Virus record (IMG/VR): IMGVR_UViG_3300003873_000002 | Location: 1 to 64,000 of that record | Strand: one strand, 5' to 3' | DNA length: 64,000 nucleotides | Origin: a virus | In this document: positions 47,730 through 58,087 of the stretch, piece by piece | Position numbering within the stretch: position 1 is the first letter of the stretch | How the letters are laid out: every line of letters starts with the position of its first letter | Notes under the pieces: model-generated | Told to the model about the DNA's origin: nothing | The model's database searches: none | Seen by the model: the letters and a program-made list of their open reading frames with translations, nothing else | Position numbers and translations under genes: made by a program

Positions 47730-49775
47730 ATGTTTAATGGTATCAGAGACGCAAAACATAATGTATTCCATACAATTTATGATAATAAGCCGAAATTAAT
47801 ACAGGATTTAAATGAAGCCAAGAACTATTTTATAGATAATATTAAAAATGCTAATATTAATAAATCATTTAATACAGATAGAATTAAGTCTGATGCAAAT
47901 GACTTGGTTAATTCATATATCTATGACAGTGCACTCCTTTTAGAACTTTTAAACACTGTCAGAGATACATATGTAAAATATAATGTGTCTGATGGAGTGG
48001 CAACGATTGATTTATATTTATTTTTATTATCATATAATGACCATAGGAATAAGTTTACAAAATATATAGATTTTATCAGTCAGAGTTATAATGATAATAT
48101 TGATATAAATGATTTGGATATCAATAATATCATTGCATTTTTTCTTTCAAAACAGTTCCCAATAGACCAGAAAGACATAAATAAAATCACTGATGTGATT
48201 AATAATCTGCCAAGTGATAGTGTATTAAATAACATAAAGCAAGATATCCTCGCTGAAATTAATGATAAATGGGTTAATACCACCCCAGATATAGTAATGT
48301 GGGTTATAGCTGCATTGATGAATCACACAAAAATACTACAAAAAGACATGTTAGGTGATTTATATAAAATATCCGGTTTATTAGATGATAATATAAGCAA
48401 TACCGAAACAAAGGATCTTTATGAACCCATATCATCATTTAATAACAAAATAATTTTAAAAGATGCAAATAATTCATACAAAAAATCTGCGCATGTAATT
48501 GCATCATCATTGGTAACAATTCAAAATATCACTATCTCAAAAAATAGTGACACAGACAGAACAAAGTTAATATATGATATAAATCAAATTCAAAACGATG
48601 ATACATTATATAGATCAGTGAACGCACTAAATGACCTAGAGGCCCAAGATAAAATAATAAACCAATCTATGGTATCATCAATAAACGATATAAATAGTCA
48701 TAGAAAAAATATAATTGGTGCATCTAATAAAATAAATGAAGAAAATAAGACAAATTTAGAAAATATAAGTAACATCGAATCAAAAAATATCAAGCCAACT
48801 TATTATAATACACCTATAGATGAAGGAACATATCATGACAATGGTTTAATTATTGAGGATAATGTCACAAAGCTTAATATAAAAACATCACATACATCTA
48901 GTGATTTAACGAGAAAGGCTGGAATTATGGCATCAATATCAGCCATAATCGAAAGCATCAATGTATCACACGATAATACATCATTTTTGATTGATAAATT
49001 TGTAAGTCAAACATCTAAACAAATGGAATATAACATTAATATGATGGATTTACTATCAACAGATGATAGTGACAATTTATTAAGCGTAATAGAAGGTGTT
49101 GGTGTTGCACTTAGTGTGCTAAATTTACTTAAAAATCCAAACCAAACACTAAAATCCATTTTTAATGTACTATCAACACCACTCGAAAATGCCATGTTAT
49201 TAGTTAATGAATTGATATGTGCAATTAAACAGGTATTGTGTCTCGCAGCTTCAACTGTTTCACTCGCTAAAAATATGGTAGAAACATTTAGTAATGCATT
49301 TAACGATTTTGAACAAGCAAAAACGTTACAAAAAATACAAGATTTTTGGGATAATATCAATAATAAAATTGATAGTATTACAGATGACTACATAGAATCT
49401 CTTAAAAACGCTATACGCACAATAGCCAATAAAAATAAAGGCAAAATAGTAAAAGATTTACATGATAATAATTTTTATGGAAGTGATTGGGGTGACATGT
49501 ATAGCAAATCAGTGGAGGACACCATCAATGAGTTATACCCAACTTTAATGGAAAATTTATCAAAAGCATTTAAAACAGAATTTAACAAAGCAATTGACTC
49601 AATTAAACTTTCTGTAGATCATACTACAAACTTATTATTGAATGTAACAGATGCAATGAAATGTACACGACAATTTGATGGTGTTTTTGATGTTAATATA
49701 GTATTTCCATATATTTCATTATCTGATTTATCACTTGATATCCCAGCAGTAAATTCGAGGATTGTAAAATGTTAA
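47730..49775 (+). CDS. Large helical hypothetical protein between the gp5 halves
   Basis: 681-aa ORF overlapping next gene. Confidence 0.7.
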   Translation: MFNGIRDAKHNVFHTIYDNKPKLIQDLNEAKNYFIDNIKNANINKSFNTDRIKSDANDLVNSYIYDSALLLELLNTVRDTYVKYNVSDGVATIDLYLFLLSYNDHRNKFTKYIDFISQSYNDNIDINDLDINNIIAFFLSKQFPIDQKDINKITDVINNLPSDSVLNNIKQDILAEINDKWVNTTPDIVMWVIAALMNHTKILQKDMLGDLYKISGLLDDNISNTETKDLYEPISSFNNKIILKDANNSYKKSAHVIASSLVTIQNITISKNSDTDRTKLIYDINQIQNDDTLYRSVNALNDLEAQDKIINQSMVSSINDINSHRKNIIGASNKINEENKTNLENISNIESKNIKPTYYNTPIDEGTYHDNGLIIEDNVTKLNIKTSHTSSDLTRKAGIMASISAIIESINVSHDNTSFLIDKFVSQTSKQMEYNINMMDLLSTDDSDNLLSVIEGVGVALSVLNLLKNPNQTLKSIFNVLSTPLENAMLLVNELICAIKQVLCLAASTVSLAKNMVETFSNAFNDFEQAKTLQKIQDFWDNINNKIDSITDDYIESLKNAIRTIANKNKGKIVKDLHDNNFYGSDWGDMYSKSVEDTINELYPTLMENLSKAFKTEFNKAIDSIKLSVDHTTNLLLNVTDAMKCTRQFDGVFDVNIVFPYISLSDLSLDIPAVNSRIVKC

Positions 49776-50647
49776 CTGATATTTCCAAAATAAATGAAGA
49801 AGCAAAACGTGTATATGAACAAAAATTTTGCCCGATTTTTAAAAAACATTTAAAAAATAATGGTTTTACAGATGAACATTTAAATATAATTAAAGATGAT
49901 ATTGCATCTTCGTGTTTATCGCCAGTGGGAAATAATTTGGATGATATGTCAGGTGATTTTGATGTAGATAGCATCAGAAAAGAAATTATAACCAAAATAT
50001 CAGATACAGCGAAGGATTTTGAAAAAAATACTAAACTGGATGGCGAAATAATAACACTGAATGCAAAACAAAAGGAAAAAGAAATACTATCAAAGATTCA
50101 AGCTGATTCATATATTGTGCAAAACGCGAATGTAAGTTTATCAAGAAAAGAACAATTAATATCAGAACACAAATTTACAAACCCAGTAAATTTGCAAGAT
50201 GCTAATTATAGCGTTACAGAAGATTACCCAAATACGTATGGATTTATAGATACAGTCAAGAATTGGTTTAAAATCAATAAAAAGAAAGGATTTGCAGAAT
50301 TTGTGCATCAAAGTGGGAGTTATTTCAAAATAGATAAAAATGGGAACGCGAGTTTTTATATTTCAGGCTCACTTAAACAAATTGTGGAGAAAGATTATAC
50401 AATTGAAGTTAGAAATAATATGGATACATTAGTTAAAAAAAGCAATTATACCCATGTAATCAAAAATGATGAAAAATTAGTTGGTGGTACATTAATGAAA
50501 ACTATTTTAGGAAAGGTTACCAATATTTTCAAATCTACATTAGATGAAACAGTATCAGGAAATGTAAATGAAAATTATGGTGCAAACCAAACAACAAATG
50601 TTTCAGGAAGCAAAACACATAATGCATCTAGTATCAATAATAATTAA
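49769..50647 (+). CDS. gp5-like C-terminal beta-helical spike protein
   Basis: YPN..HQSGSYFKIDKNG then 8-aa VxG-type repeats. Confidence 0.8.
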   Translation: MLTDISKINEEAKRVYEQKFCPIFKKHLKNNGFTDEHLNIIKDDIASSCLSPVGNNLDDMSGDFDVDSIRKEIITKISDTAKDFEKNTKLDGEIITLNAKQKEKEILSKIQADSYIVQNANVSLSRKEQLISEHKFTNPVNLQDANYSVTEDYPNTYGFIDTVKNWFKINKKKGFAEFVHQSGSYFKIDKNGNASFYISGSLKQIVEKDYTIEVRNNMDTLVKKSNYTHVIKNDEKLVGGTLMKTILGKVTNIFKSTLDETVSGNVNENYGANQTTNVSGSKTHNASSINNN

Positions 50648-50673
50648 ACAATTTATAAATACACAAATAAATA

Positions 50674-50720
50674 TAAACAAAATTAAACAAAATTAAACAA
50701 AATTAAACAAAATTAAACAA
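50674..50720. repeat. Tandem repeat (AATTAAACAA)x4.7
   Basis: Directly visible. Confidence 0.95.
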
Positions 50721-50737
50721 AAATATTAAATAAATTT

Positions 50738-51091
50738 ATGAAAGCACTATACTCAGATTTATCAAAAAAAGGCCCTATCGTTACAGATGCTGTAGATATA
50801 TCAAATTCTGTTGAGAATATTCTTAGCACCAAAAAAGGTGAAAGGATTTTTGATAGGAATTTTGGGTCACACATAGAAGATTATTTATTCGAGCCATATA
50901 GTTTTGCAACTTCAAGATTTATTCTCGCTGATGTAAAAGAATCGCTAAGTATTGAGCCCAGGGTCGAAATTTTATCAACAACTGCTGTTGATATGGACCC
51001 AAGATCCCGGACCTATAACTTAGTATTGAACTTAAAAATTAAAGCAACTGGCGAAAATTTGCAGATAAATAAACAGTTAAAAGTCAAATAA
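50738..51091 (+). CDS. Baseplate wedge protein (gp25-like)
   Basis: NILSTKKGER.F...FGS.I..YLFEP..EPRV. Confidence 0.93.
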   Translation: MKALYSDLSKKGPIVTDAVDISNSVENILSTKKGERIFDRNFGSHIEDYLFEPYSFATSRFILADVKESLSIEPRVEILSTTAVDMDPRSRTYNLVLNLKIKATGENLQINKQLKVK

Positions 51092-51100
51092 GGTCAAATA

Positions 51101-52777
51101 ATGAGCATCATCAATAATAGAAGTACATCATTTAATGATATCGAAAATAATATCATCGAATATCTTAAAACACTTGAAAATTGGAATGATATTAAAGATG
51201 CATTACCAGGAAGCAATCTAACTATTATCACAAATTTACTTGCTGGTTATGCGTCATATCTTGGATTCAAGAATAGAATGATGCGAGATGAGACATATTT
51301 ATCAACAGCAAAATTAAGCACATCTGTATATAATATTGCAAAAGTTTTTGGATACTCAATCAACAGATATTCTGCACCATCATTAAATTTAAGGTATGAG
51401 GGTTATGATACAATAACGGTAAGATCTGGTGATACATTTGGGACATATAATAATTTAGATTTAGTGTATTTTGGTGCAAATGATATACTTGAGCACGGTG
51501 AAGTAATAAATGTGCAATTAGGAAAATATACAAAGGATACACAGAAAGTTTCACTAAATAACGGTATTTGTGAGACAAATATAAACCCATTTTCGCTTGT
51601 TTCTATAGACAATAAACACATAACAGTTAAAATAAATGATGTAAAAAAGGACATTTCAAAATTAATTGAGGATTATATTGTATATAACAAAATTGTTGAA
51701 TATAGTAATGATATCTACTCGACAAAATTAATGATATCAGATACAACGAATCGTTATGGTGTAGTCGTTTCGTCGGGTGATATCCTCGATATTGAATACC
51801 TTGAAACAAATGGTTATGAGGAAGCATTAAATGTAAAAAATGTGAGTGTTAATAATAATTGGTCTGCTATTGAAATCACGCACTTAGGTTCAAATGGTGA
51901 TACACTTAATAAAATTAAAAATTTAGCGCCATTATATTATTCAACAATGCGCCGAATGGTAACAGAAAATGACCACAGATATATCATTGAAGCACACCCA
52001 TATATCAAATCTGCATTTGCTGAAAGGGAAAAAGGAACACCATACGAAGTTACACTTTCCCTAGATGAATCTGGTGTTAATAACGGGGGCATTTATTCAT
52101 TTAATTTAGGGTCATTTTATTATGCTTATACATCACCGGTGGGTGGTAACGATACAATAAATGATATAGCTAATAATTTATACACAAAACTATTAAGAAA
52201 TAATACAATAACCGCGACACTAAATAATAACAAAATTGTGATTACTTCAAAGAACGCGCGTTTCGATAACTACTTGAAATATATTAACGAAAGTGAAGTT
52301 GAAAGTTATGTAAGGTATGATGTAATAACAAAGGGGATTAAACCCCAATGTTGCACAGTTAATGTGTGGTATATTAAATATGACACTATAAATGATCCAA
52401 AAGCACTTACATTCCACGAACAAGATGAGATATCAGCATATATTGAACAATTCAAATTAGTTGGTATAAGAGTAATTTTATCTCCAGCTGATGTGATTTA
52501 TAAAGATATAAATATAAAAATAAAATTATCTGAGAATTATTTGTATGACGAGGTCTATAAGAAATTTATTGAAATATTAAATAATTATGAGTTAAAATTG
52601 AATACTGGTTTTAAATATGGTGATTTGCTTGCAGAAATAGCAAATATAAAGGTTATTAAAAACGATATTCAAATTAATCCTGTTATATCTATTATACCAA
52701 ATCAAACAGTGTTTGATGTTCTACCCCAAAACGACAAATACATTAAGTTCAGAAACGTATCACTGCTTAATGAATGA
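51101..52777 (+). CDS. Baseplate wedge protein (gp6-like)
   Basis: ETYLSTA..SVYNIAKVFGY, YLETNG, RMVTENDH. Confidence 0.88.
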   Translation: MSIINNRSTSFNDIENNIIEYLKTLENWNDIKDALPGSNLTIITNLLAGYASYLGFKNRMMRDETYLSTAKLSTSVYNIAKVFGYSINRYSAPSLNLRYEGYDTITVRSGDTFGTYNNLDLVYFGANDILEHGEVINVQLGKYTKDTQKVSLNNGICETNINPFSLVSIDNKHITVKINDVKKDISKLIEDYIVYNKIVEYSNDIYSTKLMISDTTNRYGVVVSSGDILDIEYLETNGYEEALNVKNVSVNNNWSAIEITHLGSNGDTLNKIKNLAPLYYSTMRRMVTENDHRYIIEAHPYIKSAFAEREKGTPYEVTLSLDESGVNNGGIYSFNLGSFYYAYTSPVGGNDTINDIANNLYTKLLRNNTITATLNNNKIVITSKNARFDNYLKYINESEVESYVRYDVITKGIKPQCCTVNVWYIKYDTINDPKALTFHEQDEISAYIEQFKLVGIRVILSPADVIYKDINIKIKLSENYLYDEVYKKFIEILNNYELKLNTGFKYGDLLAEIANIKVIKNDIQINPVISIIPNQTVFDVLPQNDKYIKFRNVSLLNE

Positions 52778-52811
52778 TGTCAAATGATGTCAAATGATGT
52801 CAAATGATGTC
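52773..52811. repeat. Tandem repeat (AATGATGTCA)x4
   Basis: First copy contains the gp6 stop codon. Confidence 0.95.
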
Positions 52812-52918
52812 GTTGCTTTAAATAACAAAAATAACAAAAATAATAAAAAAATAAAGCAATGACATTTATATTATATTTCAATGCAATGCAATATTCAATA
52901 ACGGGTTTCATATAACAA

Positions 52919-54763
52919 ATGATTAATAAAAAAAATATCAACAATGCAATCGGATTGTTACCTGAATACCTAAAAATAGAAAACAAATATGCAAGCTCAG
53001 CCAAAACAGAATTAGAACGGCTTGACCCCAATAGTGCTGTAGTAGCCGCAGGATTAATAGACAAGATTACTAGTGAATTGCCAGAATTCAATTCATGGAG
53101 TGATTACAAAGATTTTTCTAAAGAATTCCGTTTTAGTGAAGTTTTTTCCCATCTTGATAAATCAGTTTATAACATAAAAAAATCAGAACTTTTAAAAGGA
53201 TTTTTCTCTTTTAAAGGCACACTGATTGATATAAAATATCTCACAAAAATAGCTGGATATAGTTTATCAATTTTTGAACCATCTTATTATCAACAAAATA
53301 AAAATCCATACAGAATACTCAATAGAGATTTTTGGGATGAAATGCAAAAACTCATCAATAACTACGATGAGGCTGATTTTAATGAAAGAATTAAGAAAAC
53401 TTTATACTCAAATTTAATTGTTGTTGATGGGGAAACACATTTACTCATAAATGACCATGATAAACAAAAAATAATTAATTATGACCCACTAGTTGTAAAT
53501 AATAAATATCCCGATAAGGTATTAAACCAATCATCATATATAAATAAAGATGGTAAAAGGATATTCGCATCAGAATCAAATACATTTTTATTTACACACT
53601 ATCACGGTAGCTATGTACAAACAGAAATAATCAAAAATGATCTTATTTTTGATAAATATAAACTTTCTGCTGAAGAACAGACTGCGCTTAGACATATTAT
53701 AAAACTATATAAAGATGTTGTTAATAAAACAGATGATGAACTAAATTGTCAAATTACTGCAGAGCTTTATATTGATTTAGATACAGCACCCAAGTGCAAC
53801 CATGTAGTTGATTACAATGTAGAAATACCGACTGAACAAGGCACAGATAATAAATTACAAAAAAATAATCCAGAATATGAATGTTTTAGAACAAAGCCAG
53901 TTCTTAATCTAATTCGAAATATGATAATCGGGAGATTATCACTTTGTGTTTATTTGAATCATTTATCAATTTTCTTTACTATGCATTCCTTTGCGGAAAT
54001 AATGAAACGCCTCAAAGACCACAACAATATTGATCTTACACGTGAAACATTTACTCATTATGAAAGGGAACGCGCAACAACACCCATTGAAAATATTGAT
54101 TTAATGATAGAGGTTAAAGCAGATGAAGCAGCTGATTGTGGAAATTGGCCGATCGCAGTTGGTGCTTATACACATTACAGAGTAAAAAACAATAAACCAG
54201 ATCAAGTCCGTGGGAGAATAGATAAAGAAGTTCTTGCAGCGCTTGATATTCATATGGAACGCGAAACATATGATACAAGAACAGATCATTCATATGACGA
54301 AAAACGTATTGATTTAGTAAGAGAAACACATGATTGGATGAGAAACAAAGAAGCAATTTTTGTTGATAAACATCTAATCACGAACGCAAATCCCGAACTA
54401 ATACCAGGGACATCATCCCAGTATCATTATGAATATGATTTTTCAGAGATCGATTTAAGTATTGAGACATCTGATAATTTCAAAAAAGGCCGCGAATATA
54501 TTACAGGAATTGGTAATCCAACAGAGTATTCAGTTGACAACAATAGACCATATAAGGTTCGTGGCGAAAAATTCGGGCAAATGTTTGAAGAACACCTAGA
54601 TAAAGTTGAAAGAACAAAATTTTACCCAATTAATCAATTTAATGGAAAAACTTTTATAGGGTCAACTATTATATTAAATAATGACACACAACAATATAAA
54701 ATGCATATTAAAAATAGGGCATTAATTGAACACAATAAACTAGTGCTCACTGCTTTGTTGTAA
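52919..54763 (+). CDS. Baseplate protein (gp7-like)
   Basis: LLPEY, FKGT motif; follows gp6. Confidence 0.6.
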   Translation: MINKKNINNAIGLLPEYLKIENKYASSAKTELERLDPNSAVVAAGLIDKITSELPEFNSWSDYKDFSKEFRFSEVFSHLDKSVYNIKKSELLKGFFSFKGTLIDIKYLTKIAGYSLSIFEPSYYQQNKNPYRILNRDFWDEMQKLINNYDEADFNERIKKTLYSNLIVVDGETHLLINDHDKQKIINYDPLVVNNKYPDKVLNQSSYINKDGKRIFASESNTFLFTHYHGSYVQTEIIKNDLIFDKYKLSAEEQTALRHIIKLYKDVVNKTDDELNCQITAELYIDLDTAPKCNHVVDYNVEIPTEQGTDNKLQKNNPEYECFRTKPVLNLIRNMIIGRLSLCVYLNHLSIFFTMHSFAEIMKRLKDHNNIDLTRETFTHYERERATTPIENIDLMIEVKADEAADCGNWPIAVGAYTHYRVKNNKPDQVRGRIDKEVLAALDIHMERETYDTRTDHSYDEKRIDLVRETHDWMRNKEAIFVDKHLITNANPELIPGTSSQYHYEYDFSEIDLSIETSDNFKKGREYITGIGNPTEYSVDNNRPYKVRGEKFGQMFEEHLDKVERTKFYPINQFNGKTFIGSTIILNNDTQQYKMHIKNRALIEHNKLVLTALL

Positions 54764-54780
54764 ATTTAACGGAGATAATT

Positions 54781-55278
54781 ATGAAATTTGAAGATGTATA
54801 CAAAAAACCAACCATGTCTGGGTTTTTACATGTATATAAAGTCGACGACAACGGAGAAGAAGAAGAAATTTTTGCTGAAAAGAATCTTGTTGTAAATCAG
54901 GCATCATGGATTTTACGCGATTTAATGTTTGGTTCAGACGATGATCGTATTTCACAAATTTATTTTGGTGACATGAATCTTGTACCCACTGACGACCTTA
55001 AAAATATTAACCCACCTGCGTTAACAGATACTGATTTGGCGAACAAGCTTTATGCAAAAGCAACAACCAAAACAATAGAAACTTATGCAGATCACCCAGC
55101 AATTCGGTATGAAACAACATTAAACAAAAACGAATTTAATGGTGATGGTGAACAGCTTATCACAGAATATGCTCTTGCGACTATCAATAATAGAATTTTT
55201 ACACGCAAAACACGAGCTGCGATTTATAAAGATAATGAAAGCACATTGAAATTTGTTTGGTGGTTAGTATTTAACTAA
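54781..55278 (+). CDS. Baseplate / tail-fibre attachment protein
   Basis: KNLVVN, ITEYAL, IYKD...FVWWLVF. Confidence 0.65.
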   Translation: MKFEDVYKKPTMSGFLHVYKVDDNGEEEEIFAEKNLVVNQASWILRDLMFGSDDDRISQIYFGDMNLVPTDDLKNINPPALTDTDLANKLYAKATTKTIETYADHPAIRYETTLNKNEFNGDGEQLITEYALATINNRIFTRKTRAAIYKDNESTLKFVWWLVFN

Positions 55279-55305
55279 AAAATTAAAAATTAAAATTAAT
55301 TTTTT

Positions 55306-55328
55306 AAAGCGCAGTTTGCGCTTTTTTT
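55306..55328 (+). terminator. Rho-independent terminator ending the structural operon
   Basis: AAAGCGCA-gtt-TGCGCTTT then T-run. Confidence 0.85.
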
Positions 55329-55543
55329 GTGCGTTTTTTTATTTGTTTTTTATTTGTTTTTTATTTGTTTTTTATTCATTTTTGTCCATTTTTGTCCATT
55401 TTTGAAATCGTGTATATTCCTTTTATACACAAATCGTTCACTTTAAGAATATTGCCAGTTTTGTAAGATATATTCATACAGATTTACACAGATTCACACC
55501 AATTAGAAATTAAAACAAAATAAAACAAAATAAATCAAACAAA

Positions 55544-55776
55544 AATTATTTAAATGCGCAGTATGCGATTATTTTTTATTGGTATACCATAAGACATTTT
55601 TAAAGATATTGTCACGTGATGAGCTTTATATTAAGTTTAATGATGAGTTTATAATGCGTTCAACGGTAAGACAATATGGGGCTTATACTGAAGTGCTGTT
55701 TATATCTACTTGAATTATTTAAATGCGCAGTATGAGATTATTTTTTTATTGGTATACCATAAGACATTTTTAAAGA
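55544..55776. repeat. Two ~63-bp near-identical direct repeats (55544-55606, 55713-55776)
   Basis: AATTATTTAAATGCGCAGTATGMGATT...GGTATACCATAAGACATTTTTAAAGA; partial third copy at 24001-24023. Confidence 0.9.
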
Positions 55777-55940
55777 GATCGTCGCATACAACGCATTGTA
55801 TGAGGTTTAAACTATATTTATATCACTAAACATTTACAAACATTTACAAACATTTACAAATATTGTGCATATTTTTTATAATCATGTGAAATTTATTTTG
55901 ATTTTTATTATAAATCTTACTTTATAAACTAATCAATGGA

Positions 55941-56703
55941 TAACTTATTGATTTTAAACAGAAAACACACAAATATAAAATAATAAAACTGTAACATATT
56001 GATTTTAAAAGAGAAAACCCCACCAAATCCACATCACAAAAAAATAAATCATGATTTTGGAATGCAATAACTCGTTGAATTTAAACAGAAAAGGTCAAAT
56101 CTGTACACGTAAAAAAAGTTTTTTGGAACCATGAAATCATTAACTCGTTGAATTTAAACAGAAAACACTAAATCTGTACAACAAAAGGTTATAAATTGTG
56201 ATATCTAGAGAATTCATTAACTCGTTGAATTTAAACAGAAAAGGTCAAATCTGTACACGTAAAAAAAAGTTTTTGGAAATTGTTCTACACCATAATATCA
56301 CCAACGCGACAACCATGTCAAGCCCACGAGCACGCTCCGCTATTACATCTGAAACATATATGTTACTTAGTAATATATATTTTATATAGAAAAGTGTTTC
56401 TAATTTTACACCGTGTACAAATTTGATGTTTTTCATTTAAAATCAACAAGTTAAAAAATGCGCCTTTTTTACCCTTGGTTTAAAACAGGCCGAAAAGTGC
56501 GCAGTTTTTGAGCACATGAAAATTTTCATGTTAACTTGTTGATTTTAAACGAAATTTGTTTTTCTGATTTTCGTAAAATCATGTGAAAAACCAGCAGTAA
56601 CTTGTTGATTTTAAAAGAAAAACAAATACATTCTAAATGGGACGGTATATATGTAAAATCAACAAGTTACCACTGGTTCCTAAAGCAAAGAATCAACGAG
56701 TTA
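55941..56703. repeat. Array of ten IHF-box-like motifs (TAACnnRTTGAWT) in both orientations
   Basis: Copies at 55941, 55992, 56068, 56141, 56218, 56532, 56598 and inverted at 56441, 56657, 56691. Confidence 0.85.
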
Positions 56704-57065
56704 CAGTCGACCCACAAAAAAAACTTTTTTGTGATTATTTATTTCTATAGGTAATTTTACGCATATTTTTTTTAAATCAGCCAGGAAATTTTGGAGATTT
56801 TTTGATGAGATTTTATGGGTTTTATAAAAATTTTTTATAAAGATTTGTACATGATTTGTACATGATTTGTATATTTTTATAAATGTGTGTAATGGATACA
56901 AAAGAACGCGCTTATTTAAGCTATATGTGACAATATTATTTTCTGACTTGGTAAGTATATTAATAGAAAGAACGCGTTGTATACATGCGTTTATGTTGTT
57001 TTATTATTAATTATCGATAGGTGATATGTAAGATTGAGTTGTCTCATGTCATTGGGCGCTGGTTA

Positions 57066-57356
57066 TTATTTGTTGTGTTTACCACAAACTTCATCCACTG
57101 CCTCAAGTTTACTATTAAGAATGTCAATTTTGATTAAGGCTTCCCTAAATTTAATACCAAGGTCATTAACAGTCATATGTTTTTCCATTTTGGGAGGCTT
57201 AACAGGCTTAATATCAGGCATTTTGCATTTAACAATCTCTATGCTGTTGATATATTTTGTTTCAGTGATGACTTTGGGTTTTGTTTGTTCCGCTGAACAA
57301 CCAATTAATATAAACGGGACTAAGCTCAGTGTTAAGAATTTTGTTTTCATGCGCAT
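57066..57356 (-). CDS. o-spanin (Rz1-like lipoprotein)
   Basis: Signal peptide with LIGC lipobox, Pro-rich linker, overlaps i-spanin 3' end. Confidence 0.8.
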   Translation of the reverse strand: MRMKTKFLTLSLVPFILIGCSAEQTKPKVITETKYINSIEIVKCKMPDIKPVKPPKMEKHMTVNDLGIKFREALIKIDILNSKLEAVDEVCGKHNK

Positions 57357-57741
57357 TTAACTTTTCTATTATGGATTTATTTTCTAATTTAATATATTTT
57401 ATCGTTGTTTTGTTTCTGGCAATTACAAATGATAATCTTGCTGAGACCTTAGCATTAATTGATTCTAATCTTAAACGTTCATCATTTGCTTTTTTATTAT
57501 TATCATTAATAATTTTTTTAAGATCCTCTACTTCTTTGACTTTTAAATTAAATTTTTTAGTGATGAAATCTAAATTATGTTGATATGACAACCGTTGTTT
57601 ATCTATTATTAATTGCATACTATTTTTTGTTGTTGATGATCCGAATTTATACCCTGCACCAAAAACTATCACAGAAATCACAACAACCATTATAATTTTT
57701 GGGTTCAAGAATCCTTTAAGTAAATTCAATGCTATAAACAT
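57262..57741 (-). CDS. i-spanin (Rz-like)
   Basis: N-terminal TM then coiled coil; AAGGA RBS before ATG 57741. Confidence 0.8.
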   Translation of the reverse strand: MFIALNLLKGFLNPKIIMVVVISVIVFGAGYKFGSSTTKNSMQLIIDKQRLSYQHNLDFITKKFNLKVKEVEDLKKIINDNNKKANDERLRLESINAKVSARLSFVIARNKTTIKYIKLENKSIIEKLNAHENKILNTELSPVYINWLFSGTNKTQSHH

Positions 57742-57974
57742 TATATTTTCCTTGATATATCTGTTACTGCATTGCCAATAAAATATGCTAGTATAATGAC
57801 TATAAAGCCCCAAATGAATGTATCTGCGTGAGCTATATCAATACCAAAACTTTCCAATGCAAGTATTATCCACAATGATAGAAATGATAGCCATGTAATT
57901 CTTCTTCTTTGCACCCAATATATTGATAATGCCTTATTATCCATATAATCGAGTATTTTTTTGCTATCAGTCAT
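57741..57974 (-). CDS. Putative holin (2 TM)
   Basis: 77 aa, two TM helices, AYFIG motif, coupled to spanins. Confidence 0.7.
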   Translation of the reverse strand: MTDSKKILDYMDNKALSIYWVQRRRITWLSFLSLWIILALESFGIDIAHADTFIWGFIVIILAYFIGNAVTDISRKI

Positions 57975-58040
57975 GATATCCCTAAATTTAGTACCAAGTG
58001 TGATAATATAATAATTAAAAACTTTATTTTCTTAAAAATC

Positions 58041-58087
58041 ATTTAAAGGCATTTAAAGGCATTTAAAGGCATTTAAAGGCATTTAAA
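58041..58087. repeat. Tandem repeat (ATTTAAAGGC)x4.7
   Basis: Overlaps stop codon of 58083..58505. Confidence 0.95.

Noticed and set aside
27768-54356. Many minus-strand ORFs within structural genes and alternate-frame ORFs such as 34824..35132 and 34892..35086
   Set aside because: Shadows of real genes or of in-frame repeats, without RBS or plausible composition.
20475-55278. Stop-codon reassignment
   Set aside because: Core genes are full length under the standard code, and TAA, TGA and TAG all end genes.
56068-56280. CRISPR-like spacing (~43-bp repeats every 73-77 bp)
   Set aside because: Sequences following repeats 1 and 3 are the same, copies occur in both orientations, and no cas genes are present; better read as protein-binding sites.
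56198-57583. ORFs 56198..56389, 56245..56436, 56701..56901, 57034..57360 and 57329..57583
   Set aside because: They lie in the repeat array or antisense to the spanins; no coding signals.
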